Source of the DNA: Fibrobacteria bacterium | GTDB lineage: Bacteria > Fibrobacterota > Fibrobacteria > UBA11236 | Reading direction: 5' to 3' | Assembly: GCA_043745805.1 (NCBI GenBank) | Contig: JAYTSD010000004.1 | Coordinates: 64,001-128,000 of the forward strand | Length of the DNA stretch: 64,000 nucleotides | The notes under the pieces: generated by a model | The model's input: the letters and a program-made list of their open reading frames with translations, nothing else | Database searches by the model: none | Told to the model about the DNA's origin: nothing | Shown: positions 21,051-31,660 of the stretch, in pieces | How positions within the stretch are numbered: position 1 is the stretch's first letter | How the letters are laid out: every line of letters begins with the position of its first letter | Position numbers and translations under genes: made by a program

Positions 21051-21748
21051 TTACAACTTTTTAATAACAAGTAATGTACTTACCAGATCATAAGCCGGAC
21101 TCAATGAAAAGCTTCCATTAGCTTTTTCAAGCATAGAGAAGTTTTTCAAATGCATGTCGGCATTGCCGCTAATAAAACTAAACATGGTCAGCTCGAAATA
21201 GTGTAAAGCATCTAGACCTGCTTGGGTAGAAAACTGTTTAATAGTTTTTCCAGTTTTTTCATAACTGCCTCGGCATTTATGCTCCGTCAATGTTTCTGTA
21301 TGCTGACATAAATCTTCGCAAGCTAATTTATTATTCTCGACTCTTTCAAATCTCTGCGTGAGATAAGCCAATCTACCACTGGGTAATCGGCCTAAACCAT
21401 GTTTAGCCACTTGAATACCAAAACCCTCAGCAAGATGCATACATAGATCTTCATTCTCAGGTAAAGCCTTAAAGGTCTCACTTTGCGGTTTAATGATATA
21501 ATTGCTTTTATCATCGACTACTGTAAAACGAATATTTTTTTCCTCTTTTCCAGCCATAAACTTAATTTAGGCTGCACGCCAGTAATAGCGGTATTTGCGC
21601 CTATAATTTCCTTAGCATAATCGCTGAGTTTTTTTTCATCAATATCAATTATCGGCATTTCCTTTAAGCCGAAAATTTTCTGCACACATTTGGAGTGATA
21701 GTCGGTTTCCGATTTATCCAAGGTTGTATAACAAAGCAAGCATTTCAT
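21051..21748 (-). pseudogene. HipA/HipT-type kinase toxin, frameshifted (~21545-21550) and 3'-truncated
   Basis: TGVQPKLSL in the upstream frame; GNADMHLKNFS and SPAYD in the downstream frame; ends soon after SPAYD. Confidence 0.82.
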
Positions 21749-21960
21749 TTTATTTTGTCTTTGCGAATGTTCATCCTAATGCTAATGTCGCCTATGCAGT
21801 CTTTACATACAGTCAATAATAATTGCATTCTGTCCTTTGGATTCAACTTCCAATTGTCTATAGCAATTTCCAATAACCATCCCTCGGGTATGAGTCCATC
21901 GAAAAAGGGTAACATATTTTTATCGGTAAAGATTTCCGTTCGCAAAGGTAAAGTACGACC
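21745..21960 (-). pseudogene. HipA N-terminal-domain (HipS-like) gene, 5'-truncated
   Basis: TLPL...LPFFDGLIPEGWLL...DCIGDISI; no N-terminal half or ATG upstream in frame. Confidence 0.75.
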
Positions 21961-22045
21961 ATCTAACGTTTCAAATTGTAAAGAATTTCAGTTCCCTAAA
22001 AATTGGATTTAGTTATACCGATTCAAATATTTTAGTACTAACCAC

Positions 22046-23458
22046 CTACCCCCCAACCTTAATCTTCCCCGGCGTACGCGGAAAAGGAATCACATCACGA
22101 ATATTCCCCATTCCCGTTACAAACAGCACAAGCCGCTCAAATCCCAAACCAAAACCCGCATGCGGCACCGAACCAAAGCGCCGTAAATCCAAATACCATT
22201 GCAACTCTTCCACCGGCAATTTCATTTCCTCAATACGCTTTTGCAAAAACTCCAAACGATCTTCGCGTTGCGAACCGCCGATAATTTCCCCGATGCCTGG
22301 CACTAACACATCCATGGCCCGTACGGTTTTGCCATCCTCATTTTGCTTCATATAAAAAGCCTTGATGTCCTTGGGATAATCCGTAAGTATGACTGGGCAT
22401 TTAAAAGCGGTTTCCGTGAGGTAACGTTCATGTTCGGATTGTAAATCCATGCCCCAGCTTACGGGAAATTTAAATTCGGAAGAATGCGGTTCCAATAAAG
22501 TTATAGCTTCCGTATAAGTTAATCTTTTGAAATCCTGAGAGACTACTGACTGCAAGGTCTTGATAATGTTAGGCTCTATGCGTTCTTGAAAAAACTCCAT
22601 TTCGCGCGGACACTGTGTTAATGCGGCATTCAATAAAAATTTCAAAAAACTTTCTGCAAGTTCCGCATCATCATTCAAATCCGCAAAAGCCATTTCCGGC
22701 TCCACCATCCAGAACTCCGCGAGATGACGCGAAGTATGCGAATTCTCCGCACGAAAGGTAGGACCAAAAGTATATACATCACCCATAGCGCAAGCATAAG
22801 TTTCCGCTTCCAATTGACCGCTCACTGTAAGATTAGTTTGTGCGGCAAAAAAATCTTGTGCATAATCCACTTGCCCATTAACCATAGGTATTTTATCCAA
22901 AGGCAAAGTCGTGACATGAAACGTTTCGCCTGCACCTTCACAATCATTGGCAGAAAGAATCGGCGTATGCACCCAAATGAAACCGCGTTGTTGAAAAAAA
23001 TCATGCACCGCTCGCGCCAGCACATTGCGTACTCGCGCAATAGCACCGAAAGTATTTGTTCTCGCCCGCAAATGGGTATAGTCGCGCAAATATTCGTAAG
23101 ACATTTTTTGTTTCCCTATGGGGTAACTCGCAGGATCTGCGGCGCCCAAAAGTTCGGCTTCCAACACTTGGATTTCAACACTTTGATTTTTGCCTTGTGA
23201 CGCCACTAAAGTTCCGCGCACAGCAATGGAAGATCCGGTATGTAATTGAGCAATTAAAGTGGCGTAACCTGGAAGTGATGCAGGGAGCACCGCTTGCATA
23301 TTCGCAAAACAGGAGCCATCGTTGATTTCTACGAAGGAAAATCCACCTTTGGAATCGCGGCGCGTGCGTACCCAGCCTTTAACCCAAATTTCAGTGCCGA
23401 TTTCAGGATGAGCAAACAAGGCTTGGATTTTGACTCTTTTCACTTTTCCATCACTCAT
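22046..23458 (-). CDS. asnS: Asparagine--tRNA ligase
   Basis: GWVRTRR, LTVSGQLE, FRAENS.TSRHLAEFWMVEPE, GEIIGGSQRE, GFGLGFER. Confidence 0.97.
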   Translation of the reverse strand: MSDGKVKRVKIQALFAHPEIGTEIWVKGWVRTRRDSKGGFSFVEINDGSCFANMQAVLPASLPGYATLIAQLHTGSSIAVRGTLVASQGKNQSVEIQVLEAELLGAADPASYPIGKQKMSYEYLRDYTHLRARTNTFGAIARVRNVLARAVHDFFQQRGFIWVHTPILSANDCEGAGETFHVTTLPLDKIPMVNGQVDYAQDFFAAQTNLTVSGQLEAETYACAMGDVYTFGPTFRAENSHTSRHLAEFWMVEPEMAFADLNDDAELAESFLKFLLNAALTQCPREMEFFQERIEPNIIKTLQSVVSQDFKRLTYTEAITLLEPHSSEFKFPVSWGMDLQSEHERYLTETAFKCPVILTDYPKDIKAFYMKQNEDGKTVRAMDVLVPGIGEIIGGSQREDRLEFLQKRIEEMKLPVEELQWYLDLRRFGSVPHAGFGLGFERLVLFVTGMGNIRDVIPFPRTPGKIKVGG

Positions 23459-23506
23459 AAAACCTCTTTTTTAGCTTAAAAACAATAATTTTTACCGTCT
23501 TATCTT

Positions 23507-23531
23507 ATTGTCTATAAATTTTGTAGACAAT
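23507..23531. promoter_or_regulatory. 25-bp near-perfect palindrome between asnS and nifU/suf; candidate operator
   Basis: ATTGTCTATAAA-T-TTTGTAGACAAT (11 of 12 positions pair). Confidence 0.45.
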
Positions 23532-23602
23532 TAATTATCTTTACCGATTATACTTATTAAAACTTAATACCACATAAATAATACGTGGAATGAGGCAGCT
23601 TA

Positions 23603-24421
23603 ATGCAGTCCAATACAGAAAATCCGGTTCTTGCAGAAAATTCGAATTCCTCCACTGAGAGCAATAAGATGAATACTCCTCCTAAATTCTCTCAAAAAAT
23701 AGAAAGCCTTGCCAGTTCTCCGAAATTTCGGGGAGCATTTTTTACCGAAGATGCGGCGAGCAAAAATTTAGCCTTGGTCACGGCCAAATATCGCGACATC
23801 AAAGTGTATTGGCTAGTCGATCCTTATAGCGATTTAATTTATGATGCCAAGTTTTTTTCTTATGGCGGCACACTTTCCATCGCTATGGGTGATACGCTTT
23901 GCCAATTAGCCAAAGGCATGAAAGTTGAAAGCGCTTGTTCACTCAGTATTGCTGGGCTCGAATCCATGTTACGTGATACGCCTGATATGCCTGCGACAGC
24001 AATACCTATGGATGAAGCATTCGTGTCCTTGCCTTCTTTATTGAAAGCGGTTTTGGATAGCTATCCATCAGCCAAAGCCATGGCCTTTGCCACTATTCAA
24101 GTGAAGGCCACGCAAAACCCTGCGCAACGCACGGTGACCTATGCGGACCTCACGGCTGCCGATGAATTGTGGTTGAAAAAAAGTAAAGAAGAACAGATTG
24201 CAACCATTGATGAAATTATTGCTAAGGATATTCGTCCTGGTTTAAATTTTGATGGTGGCGATTTACAAATTATGGATATTGAAAATGGCGCGAAGTTGAC
24301 CATTAAATATCAAGGGGCTTGCGGTAGCTGCGGCTCCTCAACGGGTGCAACCTTATCCTTTATCGAAGACACTTTGCGTCGCCAAGTTTTTGGTGGCATG
24401 CAAGTTGTTCCTGTAGAATAA
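23603..24421 (+). CDS. NifU-like protein (IscU-like N-domain + Nfu C-domain)
   Basis: WLVD..IYDAKFFSYG; IRPGLNFDGGD...YQGACGSC. Confidence 0.82.
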   Translation: MQSNTENPVLAENSNSSTESNKMNTPPKFSQKIESLASSPKFRGAFFTEDAASKNLALVTAKYRDIKVYWLVDPYSDLIYDAKFFSYGGTLSIAMGDTLCQLAKGMKVESACSLSIAGLESMLRDTPDMPATAIPMDEAFVSLPSLLKAVLDSYPSAKAMAFATIQVKATQNPAQRTVTYADLTAADELWLKKSKEEQIATIDEIIAKDIRPGLNFDGGDLQIMDIENGAKLTIKYQGACGSCGSSTGATLSFIEDTLRRQVFGGMQVVPVE

Positions 24422-24439
24422 CGGGAACTGAAAGTTAAC

Positions 24440-25924
24440 ATGAGTGATACTCCTAATACTAATACGGAAAATACTCTTCCTCCTAATATCCCAACAACTC
24501 TCCCCTATGCTGCGGAAGAGTATAAATATGGTTTTACCACCGATGTAGAAATGGAAGTCTTGGTTAAGGGTTTGAATGAAGACGTGATACGCGCGCTTTC
24601 CACAAAAAAAAATGAACCTGCTTTTTTATTAGAATTTCGTTTGAAGGCTTATCAAAAGTGGTTAACCATGAAAGAGCCTACTTGGCCCCATGTCCATTAT
24701 CCACCGATTGATTATCAAAATATTGTGTATTTCGCGGAACCGAAAAAACGTAAAGTGCTTTCCGGTTTAGATGAAGTAGATCCAGAAATTTTAAAGACTT
24801 TTGAAAAGTTAGGCATACCTCTCGACGAGCAAAAACATTTGTCCAATGTAGCCGTGGATGCGGTATTCGATAGTGTTAGTGTGGCAACCACGCATAAGAA
24901 AAAACTTTTGGAATCCGGCGTTATCTTTTGCTCCTTCAGCGAAGCGGTTAAAGAATATCCGGAACTGATTGAACAATATTTAGGCAGCGTAGTACCTATT
25001 GGCGATAATTATTTTGCCGCTTTAAACTCTGCGGTATTTACCGATGGATCCTTCGTGTATATTCCACCGAATACCATAAGCCCTATGGAGCTATCCACCT
25101 ACTTTCGTATCAATACCGAAGAGTCGGGACAATTCGAACGCACGTTGATTATTGCTGCGGAGAGTAGCTATGTATCGTATCTCGAAGGTTGCACAGCGCC
25201 AAAATTTGATACTAATCAATTACATGCTGCTGTGGTAGAGTTGGTAACACTCGATAATGCGGAGATCAAATACAGCACCGTACAAAACTGGTATGCAGGG
25301 GATCCGGTAACCGGTAAAGGCGGCATTTATAATTTTGTGACTAAGCGCGGAAAATGCTTAGGTAAAAAATCTAAAATCTCTTGGACGCAAGTGGAAACCG
25401 GTTCGGCCATCACTTGGAAATATCCAAGTTGTGTTTTGGTGGGCGATGAATCGGTGGGTGAATTTTATTCGGTGGCTTTAACCGCAGGATTTATGCAAGC
25501 CGATACGGGATCAAAAATGATTCATATCGGGAAGAATACCAAGTCGAGTATTATCTCCAAAGGTATTGCCTCAGATAATAGCAGCAATGCTTATCGTGGC
25601 CTAGTACGTGTAGGTAAACATGCGACTGGCGCGCGCAATTTTTCGCAATGCGATAGTATGCTTGTGGGCCATAAAAGCAGTGCGCATACTTATCCCTATA
25701 TTGAGAATGCCAATAGCAGCTCACAAATTGAACATGAAGCGTCTACTTCCAAAATCAGCGAAGACCAACTCTTTTATTTTGAAAGCCGCGGCATTTCGCG
25801 CGAAGATGCTATTAGTATGATTATTAATGGTTTTTGCAAAGATGTATTTAAACAGCTCCCTATGGAATTTGCCGTAGAAGCACAGAAGTTACTGGCCTTA
25901 AAACTTGAAAATAGTATTGGATAA
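24440..25924 (+). CDS. sufB: Fe-S cluster assembly protein SufB
   Basis: [45 protein letters not shown]. Confidence 0.96.
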   Translation: MSDTPNTNTENTLPPNIPTTLPYAAEEYKYGFTTDVEMEVLVKGLNEDVIRALSTKKNEPAFLLEFRLKAYQKWLTMKEPTWPHVHYPPIDYQNIVYFAEPKKRKVLSGLDEVDPEILKTFEKLGIPLDEQKHLSNVAVDAVFDSVSVATTHKKKLLESGVIFCSFSEAVKEYPELIEQYLGSVVPIGDNYFAALNSAVFTDGSFVYIPPNTISPMELSTYFRINTEESGQFERTLIIAAESSYVSYLEGCTAPKFDTNQLHAAVVELVTLDNAEIKYSTVQNWYAGDPVTGKGGIYNFVTKRGKCLGKKSKISWTQVETGSAITWKYPSCVLVGDESVGEFYSVALTAGFMQADTGSKMIHIGKNTKSSIISKGIASDNSSNAYRGLVRVGKHATGARNFSQCDSMLVGHKSSAHTYPYIENANSSSQIEHEASTSKISEDQLFYFESRGISREDAISMIINGFCKDVFKQLPMEFAVEAQKLLALKLENSIG

Positions 25925-25927
25925 AGC

Positions 25928-26668
25928 ATGTTAATTGTAAACGACATCACTGCAAATATTGAAGAAACCTCCATTCTCAAAGGCATTAACTTACACGTTA
26001 AAGCGGGCGAAGTACATGCTATTATGGGTCCCAATGGATCGGGCAAAAGTACTTTATCCAAAGTAATTGCCGGTCATCCCGACTATAAAGTTTCCGCAGG
26101 TGAAGTTTTATTCCAAGGGGAAAACATTCTCGCACTCGCTGCCGATGAACGTGCGCGCAAAGGCATATTCTTAAGCTTTCAATATCCCGTGGAAATTCCG
26201 GGTGTGAGCAATAGCGAATTTTTACGCATGGCTTATAATGCGCGTCGTAAAGATAAAGGCTTAGAAGAAGTAGATCCTTTGGACTTCGATGAAATTCTTT
26301 CGCAAAAAATGGCCGCGCTGGATATGGGCGATAAATATAAAGATCGATCGGTGAATGAAGGCTTTTCTGGCGGTGAAAAAAAACGCAATGAAATTTTACA
26401 AATGTCCGTACTCGATCCGGTCCTAGCTATTCTCGATGAAACCGATTCGGGTTTAGATGTGGATGCTTTGAAGGTGGTGGCGAATGGTATTAATCGTTTT
26501 CGCGGTCCCACTAAAGGCATTGTTTTAATTACGCATTATCAACGCTTGCTCGATTATGTGCAACCGGACTTTGTGCATATTCTCAGCGGTGGAAAAATTA
26601 TTAAATCCGGCGGTCCCGAATTGGCTTTGGAAGTGGAAAAACAAGGCTATGATTGGTTGGTAAAATAA
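25928..26668 (+). CDS. sufC: Fe-S cluster assembly ATPase SufC
   Basis: [34 protein letters not shown]. Confidence 0.96.
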   Translation: MLIVNDITANIEETSILKGINLHVKAGEVHAIMGPNGSGKSTLSKVIAGHPDYKVSAGEVLFQGENILALAADERARKGIFLSFQYPVEIPGVSNSEFLRMAYNARRKDKGLEEVDPLDFDEILSQKMAALDMGDKYKDRSVNEGFSGGEKKRNEILQMSVLDPVLAILDETDSGLDVDALKVVANGINRFRGPTKGIVLITHYQRLLDYVQPDFVHILSGGKIIKSGGPELALEVEKQGYDWLVK

Positions 26669-27894
26669 TGTCCCTTAGCCCATTATCGAATGCGCCTAAA
26701 GAAATGGATAGTGAAGCTTTCACTTATATTCGTGTAAATGATTTTTTGCCTTTTTTAAAGGAAGGGCAAAATCTTGCTTGGACTAATACCCACCCCACAC
26801 TCGAACAAATTTCAAAAGAAGTTTTACCCGAATGCCAAAATAATTTTGCGGTAATCCTTAATGGTGTATATGTGCCTAGCTTAAGTCGCTTATTATCGGG
26901 CATTACTATACAATCCATTTCTGAAATCATAAAACTTTCGGATTTTCACAGTGAAGATCCTGCGGCAAGTAGCGCGCGCGCTAACTCCCATCCTATACGC
27001 ATCGATATTGCTGCGAAATCCCAAATCGCTGAACCTTTATTGCTTTTATTCTATCAAAATTTTCCTCAAGAAGAAATTCGCGATCAAGAAAAAAATCATT
27101 ATTTTCGCGGCGACAGCTTTATTCAGGTGCAGGCGAATGAACAATCCGAAATGACCCTTCTTACTAAATCTATAAGTAGCGTGCCTGTTACGGGTCATTT
27201 TATGAACAATCTACATATACATATTGATCTAGCCGACGAAGCCTCGGTGAAATATGCCTCAGCAGGTGAGCAAGCCGAAAATCTGATTTATTTTTCCAAA
27301 CTCAGTGCTGATTTAAATCGCAATAGCCGACTATTTGCCGCCACTGCCGCTTCAGGAACACGCTTAACCCGCCAAAGTTTTTCCTTTGATTTAAAAGCCG
27401 AAGGTGCCGAAGCGGAAGTAAATGGCGCGAGCGTATTAACCGGATCGCGACAAGCGCATCAATTTGTGCAAATCCGTCACAGTATGCCCCATGGACAAAG
27501 TCGTCAACATTTTAAAACCGTAGCGGCCGAAAAATCTAAAGCCTCTTTCGATGGAACGGTTATTGTTGCAGAAGGGGCGCAACAAACTAATGCCTCGCAA
27601 TTGATCAATAATTTAATGCTCTCGGATGAGGCGCGTGCCGATACTAAACCGCGTTTGATGATATATGCGGATGATGTTAAATGTGCACATGGAGCCACAG
27701 TAGGCAAACTCGATCCCGCGCAAGCCTTTTATTTACAAAGCCGCGGACTCACGGCCGTACAAAGTCAAATGTTATTGACTCTCGCATTCATTGGCGAAAT
27801 CGTCCTTAAAGTACCGAGTGCAGGATTACGCGGCGAATGGGAACGGTTGCTCATTGAACCTTTAAAAGCCCAACTTTTGGGAAAGGGTGTATAA
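26668..27894 (+). CDS. sufD: Fe-S cluster assembly protein SufD
   Basis: KPRLMIYADDVKCAHGATVG, FYLQSRG; start inferred at ATG 26668. Confidence 0.92.
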   Translation: MSLSPLSNAPKEMDSEAFTYIRVNDFLPFLKEGQNLAWTNTHPTLEQISKEVLPECQNNFAVILNGVYVPSLSRLLSGITIQSISEIIKLSDFHSEDPAASSARANSHPIRIDIAAKSQIAEPLLLLFYQNFPQEEIRDQEKNHYFRGDSFIQVQANEQSEMTLLTKSISSVPVTGHFMNNLHIHIDLADEASVKYASAGEQAENLIYFSKLSADLNRNSRLFAATAASGTRLTRQSFSFDLKAEGAEAEVNGASVLTGSRQAHQFVQIRHSMPHGQSRQHFKTVAAEKSKASFDGTVIVAEGAQQTNASQLINNLMLSDEARADTKPRLMIYADDVKCAHGATVGKLDPAQAFYLQSRGLTAVQSQMLLTLAFIGEIVLKVPSAGLRGEWERLLIEPLKAQLLGKGV

Positions 27895-29148
27895 ATGTCA
27901 CAAATATTACAAACCTCACAACCTTCCAATAACAAACTTTTGCTCGATATTAAAAAAGATTTTCCTTTATTGAATAAATTGCATGGCGGCAAACCTCTAT
28001 ACTATCTCGACAGCGCGGCGACTACACAAAAACCGCTTGCTGTGATTGAATCCATGCATCATTTTTATTTGGAAAATTATGGAACCGTGCGTCGCGGAGT
28101 TTATCGCTTAAGTGAAAAGGCTACCGAAGCCTATGAAAGCACACGGAAAAAAGTGGCTAAACTTTTAAATGCCACTTCAGAAAAAGAAATCATTTATACT
28201 AGTGGTACCACGCAAAGTATTAACTTGGTGGCTTATACTTATGGCCGCAAATTTTTAAAAACGGGCGATGAAATTATTCTTTCGCAAATCGAGCATCATG
28301 CGAACATTGTGCCTTGGCAAATTATTGCCGAACAAACGGGTGCCGTGATTAAAGTAATACCAGTCAATGATGCGGGAGAATTAATACTAGAAGAGTATGA
28401 TAAACTCCTATCGCCACGCACCAAAATTGTCGCGGTGAATCATGTGTCCAATGCTTTAGGCACGATAAATCCGGTTGCCGAAATTATTCGCCGTGCGCAT
28501 TTAGTAAATGCGGTAGTACTCATCGATGGCGCGCAATCTACGCCACATATGAAAGTGGATGTACAAGCTTTAGACGCTGATTTTTATGCCTTCTCTGGTC
28601 ATAAAATTTTTGGACCCACTGGTATCGGCATACTCTATGGTAAAATGGCCTTGCTCGAAAGCATGCCTCCTTATCAAGGCGGCGGCGATATGATTCAAAA
28701 GGTAACCTTTGCCAAAACTACTTATCAAACACCCCCGCATCGTTTTGAAGCCGGTACGCCTCCTATTGTAGAAGTAGTAGGCCTTGGAACAGCTATAGAT
28801 TATGTGCAAGAAGTAGGCTTGGATAATATGGCTGCGCATGAACATGCCTTGCTGCTTTATGGCACTGAACAATTACAGAAAATTCCTGAGTTACGTATCA
28901 TTGGCAATGCCAAAGATAAAGCCACGGTATTAAGTTTTTATTTGGATGCCGTGCATCCGCATGATATTGGGACTTTGCTGGATGAAGAAGGTATTGCGAT
29001 TCGCGCCGGACATCATTGCGCACAACCCACTATGGATCGATTTGGAGTACCCGCCACCGCACGCGCGTCCTTCGGCCCTTATAATACCTATGAAGACATC
29101 GATGCCTTAGTGCGTGGCATTCACAAAGTTTTGGAGCTCTTTGCTTAA
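27895..29148 (+). CDS. sufS: Cysteine desulfurase SufS
   Basis: YLDSAATTQKP, EHHAN, FSGHK, RAGHHCAQP. Confidence 0.96.
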   Translation: MSQILQTSQPSNNKLLLDIKKDFPLLNKLHGGKPLYYLDSAATTQKPLAVIESMHHFYLENYGTVRRGVYRLSEKATEAYESTRKKVAKLLNATSEKEIIYTSGTTQSINLVAYTYGRKFLKTGDEIILSQIEHHANIVPWQIIAEQTGAVIKVIPVNDAGELILEEYDKLLSPRTKIVAVNHVSNALGTINPVAEIIRRAHLVNAVVLIDGAQSTPHMKVDVQALDADFYAFSGHKIFGPTGIGILYGKMALLESMPPYQGGGDMIQKVTFAKTTYQTPPHRFEAGTPPIVEVVGLGTAIDYVQEVGLDNMAAHEHALLLYGTEQLQKIPELRIIGNAKDKATVLSFYLDAVHPHDIGTLLDEEGIAIRAGHHCAQPTMDRFGVPATARASFGPYNTYEDIDALVRGIHKVLELFA

Positions 29149-29175
29149 TGAAAGATTATGGAAAGATTATAAATC

Positions 29176-29634
29176 ATGGCCTTTAGCAGCGAACTGTATC
29201 AACAAGTGATTTTAGATCACAATCGTAATCCACGCAATTATAAAATACTTGAACAGGCTACGCATTTTTGTGAAGGGCATAATCCCCTTTGCGGCGATCA
29301 TATTACCGTATATTTAAATTTAAGTCCTGCGCAAATTGTGGAAGACATCACCTTCCAAGGCAATGGCTGCGCTATTTCCAAGGCCAGTGCTTCATTGATG
29401 ACTACCTTTTTAAAAGGCAAATCGCTGGATGAAGTAAAACAAATTTTTTCCGAATTTCATGCCATGGTTAAAGGCGATCTCGATCCGGAAAAAACCGAAA
29501 ATCATTTAGGCAAATTGATTTTGTTTCAAGGGGTGCGACAATATTCTTCCCGCATTAAATGCGCCTCTTTAGCTTGGCATGCCTTGATGGGTGCTTTAGA
29601 AAAAACCGATTCCACCTCCACGGAAGCCGAATAA
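29176..29634 (+). CDS. sufU: SUF-system SufU
   Basis: LYQQVILDH, NPLCGD, GCAISKASAS, RIKCA. Confidence 0.92.
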   Translation: MAFSSELYQQVILDHNRNPRNYKILEQATHFCEGHNPLCGDHITVYLNLSPAQIVEDITFQGNGCAISKASASLMTTFLKGKSLDEVKQIFSEFHAMVKGDLDPEKTENHLGKLILFQGVRQYSSRIKCASLAWHALMGALEKTDSTSTEAE

Positions 29635-29788
29635 ACAATTTTTACAGATTTGAAATAATTTCTTTATTAAAAATCGTGATAAAACATCACACTAAATTGT
29701 ATTTTATACGCTATTCTACTTAATGAGTCTACTTACGATTTAATCGTAAACCCACTCCATCAATCACCTTTTAGAGGTCAAAGTTCTT

Positions 29789-31603
29789 ATGCCAGAATCC
29801 TTAGATAGCAAAGCTTTTACCGATACCGCCAGTAATATTGACAGTGACCACTTCACACAATTAAAAACGCTCACGCTCCCTGAAAATGGAATGCTTAATA
29901 CCGCGACAGCCCTTATTACTAAAAAACCTGGTGAAACGGTAACCCCCTTGTTTCCTGAATCGGGTAAGCATCATCTTTTAAATTCGCAAGTGCATGATGT
30001 ATTTAGCGAGGATCCTTTTATTGGAAAAATGGTGGGTAATTGCAAAATCTTGGAAAAAATAAATGAAGGCGGTACCTCCTTAATTTATCGCGCCCATAAT
30101 ATGAGTTTTAATTTGGATCGCGTGGTTAAAATTTTAAAACCGATTTTTGCTGACGATCAAGAATACTTTGAACGTTTTAAACAAGAAGCCCAACTCACCG
30201 CCCGTTTAGATCATCCTAATATTTTGCGCATTTTTGATACCGGAGAAATCGGCAAACAATTTTTTATTGAAATGGAATATGTCGAAGGACAAAGTCTTCG
30301 CGCCTATATGGGATCAAATTTTAAAATTCGCGAGCAAGAAATACTCTCCATTGCGGCCGACTTAGTAAATGCTTTAGAATATGCGCATTCAGTTGAAATA
30401 AAAACTCCCCAAGGACATTTGATTCAAGGCATATTGCATCGCGATATCAAGCCAGAAAATATTATGCTCACACCAGGAAAAGTGGTAAAGCTCATGGATT
30501 TTGGAGCTGCCAAACCACTCAGTGTCAATTCACGTACCATGCAGGGTAACATTGTAGGGACGCCCCATTATATGTCACCAGAGCAAATCAATGGCCAAAG
30601 TTTAGATGCCCGCAGCGATTATTTTTCTTTAGGTGTTTTATTGTATGAACTCTGTTCTGGAAAAAGACCTTTTGAATCCGAACATTTAGCTGCACTCATG
30701 TGGAAAATCGATGCCGGAAAATACGAACCCTTGCATAAACTTCGACCTTCTATTTCACCCCTTACCGAAGAATTAATCGATCAATTACTTTCGCGTGATG
30801 TTGCGCATCGACCGGCTTCCGCCAAAGAAATTTGTGCAACCTTACGCATTAGTTTGCAAACTTTGAATCAATGGGGTAATGGCGCAAAGGTGAAAGTACC
30901 TTTTTCCCTCAAACGTTACTATTCTTTAATTGCCTTGAGTCTTTCCAGTATCGCGCTATTACTTTCGATATTTAATTTTTTTCGTGGCAGCTCCTTTTTA
31001 CATCATGCGCCTAGCTATTCACAAAGTCATGATCATTATGCAGCCCTCTTACAAAAAGGGGTGCAAGCCGAAATAAAAAAAGATATAACCGAAGCCCAAT
31101 CCATTTATGAATTAATTCCTGCGCCCGAAGCCGGCGGTGATCCCGATATTTATTTGGAAAGCCAATTACGCTTGGCCGTCATTTATTTTAAGCAAAAAGA
31201 TCAATTAACTAAGGCCAGAAATTTATTGGAACAATTGCATCGCAAATATGAAGATGCCGCCATTGAGGGTTACTTAGGTCAATTGTATTTCAATATGGCA
31301 CTCTATTTAGAAGCCCAAGAAAAATTAGAAGTCTCCATTAAAAACCAGCACCCCACGGTGTTAAAGAATTCCTCCTACTTTAATCCTAATGAATTTGAAA
31401 AAGAAAACCGGTATTTTTATGCCAATGCTCTAGATGGTCAATTCACCTATATCGAACAAAAGCCCGAAATTTTATCCCTTGCTATAAATGCTTGGCAAAG
31501 TTTTATTGAGTTTTCATCCTGCACCACCGATACCGAAGAAAAACGCTGTCGTTTTGCGGAAAAAAGATTAGGTGAATTGAAAGCCTTAGTAAAACACAAT
31601 TAA
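29789..31603 (+). CDS. Hanks-type Ser/Thr kinase with TM and TPR-like C-terminal domain
   Basis: HRDIKPEN, DFG, GTPHYMSPEQ; TM LIALSLSSIALLLSIF; helical C-terminus. Confidence 0.9.
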   Translation: MPESLDSKAFTDTASNIDSDHFTQLKTLTLPENGMLNTATALITKKPGETVTPLFPESGKHHLLNSQVHDVFSEDPFIGKMVGNCKILEKINEGGTSLIYRAHNMSFNLDRVVKILKPIFADDQEYFERFKQEAQLTARLDHPNILRIFDTGEIGKQFFIEMEYVEGQSLRAYMGSNFKIREQEILSIAADLVNALEYAHSVEIKTPQGHLIQGILHRDIKPENIMLTPGKVVKLMDFGAAKPLSVNSRTMQGNIVGTPHYMSPEQINGQSLDARSDYFSLGVLLYELCSGKRPFESEHLAALMWKIDAGKYEPLHKLRPSISPLTEELIDQLLSRDVAHRPASAKEICATLRISLQTLNQWGNGAKVKVPFSLKRYYSLIALSLSSIALLLSIFNFFRGSSFLHHAPSYSQSHDHYAALLQKGVQAEIKKDITEAQSIYELIPAPEAGGDPDIYLESQLRLAVIYFKQKDQLTKARNLLEQLHRKYEDAAIEGYLGQLYFNMALYLEAQEKLEVSIKNQHPTVLKNSSYFNPNEFEKENRYFYANALDGQFTYIEQKPEILSLAINAWQSFIEFSSCTTDTEEKRCRFAEKRLGELKALVKHN

Positions 31604-31660
31604 TCGCTTTTAATCCTTAACTTTTTCCCCAATCTTTGCTAAAAATGTTACAATAAGGCC

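Noticed and set aside
22724..23200. Antisense and alternate-frame ORFs (this one and many others in the track)
   Set aside because: They overlap well-supported genes and carry no recognisable motifs
29150..29170. Tandem GAAAGATTAT duplication between sufS and sufU
   Set aside because: Two short copies only, with no supportable function
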